64,000 nt of DNA from the NCBI GenBank assembly GCA_965112735.1, contig OZ218950.1, positions 4,464,001-4,528,000 on the forward strand, read 5' to 3'. Made by a program: the position numbers and the translations under genes. Of the stretch, positions 61,335 through 64,000 are shown in pieces. The notes below the pieces were generated by a model. The model saw nothing but the letters and a program-made list of their open reading frames with translations, was not told the origin of the DNA and did no database searches. The number at the start of each line of letters is the position of its first letter. Position 1 is the stretch's first letter. Source of the DNA: Phaeosaccion multiseriatum (Eukaryota > Protista > Ochrophyta, other classes).

Positions 61335-62860
61335 GTGGGGAGGGGGGGGGGGAGGAGGAGCAGCAGAGGCTCAGAAGGAGCTAAGGAGCTGGGGCGAGGA
61401 GGGAGGTGATAACGCCCTGGGGTGGAGGGGAGAGAGAGAGGGGATGTAAGAGGCCGTAGCCGTAGTGCACTTGTAGTTGCACTTGGGGGATATGTTTAGT
61501 TTTGCCGTGGGGGGGGGGGAGGGAAGAGCAGAGAGAAGGGGGTCTGCTCGCGAGGGGGAAGGGGGGTTTCTTCCATTGTGCCATCGTGGTGTTTTTGTTC
61601 CTGTGGTTCTTGTTGTTTTGTGATGCCCCCCCCCCCCGCCAACTCCTTGTGTGTACAAAGGGGAGGGGGAAAGAGGCACACATTTTTATTTCGCCTAAGC
61701 TTTATCCTTGGTGATGCGCTTGGGTGAAAAAGGGACTCTTATTTATTTTCTCGCTGGTTTTATCCTTGAGATGCTAACGGGAAGTGCAGTTTTACTCAGA
61801 TGTATACGCCCTAAGAGTAGAGTACAACGAGCGGGGTGGGGGGGTTGGTTGCCTCACACACATGCCCACCCACCCTTGGGGGTGCTTTTATGGGGCATTG
61901 AGACATGCACACGATACAAATATTTTAATTATAGAAAATAATAAAAGAAAAAAGTATTTTCGCTCCAATTTGAGTAAATAACACCTATTGGCTAATGGTA
62001 GTGTCAGGGATGGTAAAAAAGAAGAAAAAGTGAACAACTTGAACCCTTCCCAGCATCTGTGAGTGGTGCCCCTCCCCTCATGTTCACACAACGCAACGCA
62101 GCGCATCGCTCCCCTTCCCCTCCCCCTCCCCTTCCCCTCCCACTCCCCCTCTTCCGCCCCCATACTCTCGCTCTGGCACCGTTCTGCGCAATAATTCATT
62201 CCCCACCCCCCTGACCCCCCCCCTCCCTCCTATGCCTACTTCTCTAAAACCCTTCCCCGCCCCGCCCCTTCCAATCTACCGTTCTCTCTCCTCTCCTTTG
62301 CTCTGTGACTCACTGATTTGCGATGTGAACGATCGACTTCCCCTCCGATACGCTTGCCTTTCTGACCCCCACTTTTCTAGCTCCTCCTCCCCTACGCTCC
62401 TTCCTCCACTCCTGCCCTACCTCTTCTTACCCCTCCCGCCCTCCGTACCACCTCCTTCTGCGAGGGAGCAAGCAATAACGAACTGATAGGCAACGATACT
62501 GCCGTTTCGTCACCTCGACAAAAAAGGGTTCAAAGCTGCACTTCGACCCCGTTTTCCCTCCTTCCCCTTTTCCGGCCTTTTCCCCAGTGGCTATGCCCCG
62601 ACTCGCCAACCTCTTCCCTCTCCCACCAGCAGTACCACAGTAGTGGCGATGGATAGTACAGGGTTGGTTCATCGCCCCCTTCCCCCCTCCTCACCCGCCT
62701 ACTCGCCTCGCTCTCACCTCTCGCTGGCCCGCTCAGGAGCTTGGAGCGTGTGGGCCACAAACACTCCTTGACCCTCAGCCCTACCCCAGCGGCGAACTCG
62801 GCGAAGTTCTCCCCACCACCACCACCACCGCTGCCCCCACTGCATTCACTGCATGCCTCA

Positions 62861-63245
62861 TCATGAGACGACGGACGACATGAGGGAGTCCTCGTCGCTT
62901 GTAGGAGCAGCGCCCCAATGCTGACTTCGTAATCCTTCCACGCGTCGTCCTCCTTCTTCTCCTTCTTCTCCGCCTTCTCCTCCTTCTCCTCCTGACCCCT
63001 CCTCCCCTCCACCACCACCACTGCCGCTGCTGTTGCTCTCGACGACTACTGCTGCTGCCGGTGCTCCCGCCTCCAGCGCCATCGAAGTTGAAGAAGAGGA
63101 AGGAGAGAATGATAGGGCCGGTGTTGGAGCGGGTGGGGACGGCGAGCGAGAGAGCAACAAAGAGGTAAACGATCCTTCGCTGCGGGGGCCCAACCCGCGG
63201 CCTCCTCCCTCGGACATTGGCATTGCCGCTTGCGATGCGTCTCCG

Positions 63246-63283
<38 letters not shown>

Positions 63284-64000
63284 ACTCAGCCCCGCCTCAC
63301 CAAGTGTAGACGCCTCGGCGAAGAGAGTCAAGGACAGATCCTGGGGCACCACCATGGCGGAGGGGGACGAGGAGGAGGGGCTCGCAAGCCGCGATACCAT
63401 CCCCTGCTGCTGCTGCTGCTGCTGCTGCAAGGGGGAGACAGGAGGCTGCTGCGAAGGCGCGCCCGACGAGGCAGTGGTGCACTGCAATTGCCACGACCCA
63501 TCATCAGACCGACGGTACTGATGGGCTAAGTGCGGGGACTGCTGCAGAAGCGGTCGGCCTTGAAGCAGTGCTTCCGCCCGAGCCCGAGACGAGCGCGTCG
63601 AGACTCCTCCCGCCGCACCACCACTGTTCGTGCCACTGTCGCTGAAGAAGCTTCTGTCACGGCTGCCGGTGCCGCTGCTGCGGCCACTGCCTCTGCTGCT
63701 GGTTGTGGTGGGGTTCATCATCCTGGCTCTCTTTGGTGGTGGTGGAGGAGGAGGAGTTCCCTGAGTCGGGTCACCGTCGCCGCATGACTGCTGCTGCTGC
63801 GTTTGCTGCTGTTCCTGTCGCTGAGACGATGGCGATAACGACGACGGCATGAAGTGGCTGTACGACAGCGGGGGCACCACGCGGTCAAGGGCCATCCTAC
63901 CCCCCATCCCGGGGCAGGAGGAGGCGAGGCGTCTCTCCTCCTGCTGCTCCTGCTGCTGCTGCTGCTGATGATGATGCTGTTGGTACTGCTGAGTGGCCCT
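62861..64000 (-). CDS. 3' part of a low-complexity Q/S/G-rich protein (runs off the window)
   Basis: Frame open from the window edge to TGA at 62861. Trinucleotide repeats read as polyQ/S/P/G. No recognisable domain. Confidence 0.55.

Noticed and set aside
61680-62045. AT-rich patch with a degenerate 35-bp direct repeat
   Set aside because: Consistent with a 3' UTR/terminator region between convergent genes; no TIRs or coding signal.
1-64000. tRNA, rRNA, telomeric arrays, LTR pairs
   Set aside because: None recognised by eye; tRNAscan-SE/Infernal would be needed to exclude small ncRNAs.

Overview
Gene-dense, intron-rich nuclear DNA from a eukaryote, most likely a photosynthetic stramenopile (ochrophyte). 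Several proteins carry bipartite signal-peptide+Phe plastid-targeting leaders, and the introns are full of (GGGA)n, (GAGT)n, (CT)n and (GT)n microsatellites. About 14 protein genes lie in almost strictly alternating orientation: SufD, organellar LeuRS, an FtsH-like AAA protein with no protease domain, a phytyl-ester-synthase-like hydrolase/acyltransferase, V-ATPase subunit a, a 44-aa PIGBOS1-like microprotein, ABCF3/GCN20-like, LSG1, MND1, a DUF4336 protein, LETM1, an intronless 169-aa hypothetical protein, a bacterial-type glucose/sorbosone dehydrogenase surface protein, and a partial low-complexity ORF. Degenerate islands lie upstream of genes: a scrambled CRE-like (RLE-type) non-LTR retrotransposon remnant at 14.6-16.8 kb, a zinc-finger/double-RING retroelement-like remnant at 28-30.3 kb, an unassigned island at 30.8-33.5 kb and an ankyrin pseudogene at 54.2-54.9 kb. 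The most striking signals are: (i) short-loop fold-back hairpins built only from retroelement coding sequence, at two separate loci; (ii) introns polarised into a G-rich 5' half and a complementary C-rich 3' half; (iii) the PIGBOS1-like microprotein; (iv) a probable horizontally acquired dehydrogenase whose stalk is built from tandemly duplicated phase-0 mini-exons. All family assignments come from recognising motifs by eye, not from database searches.
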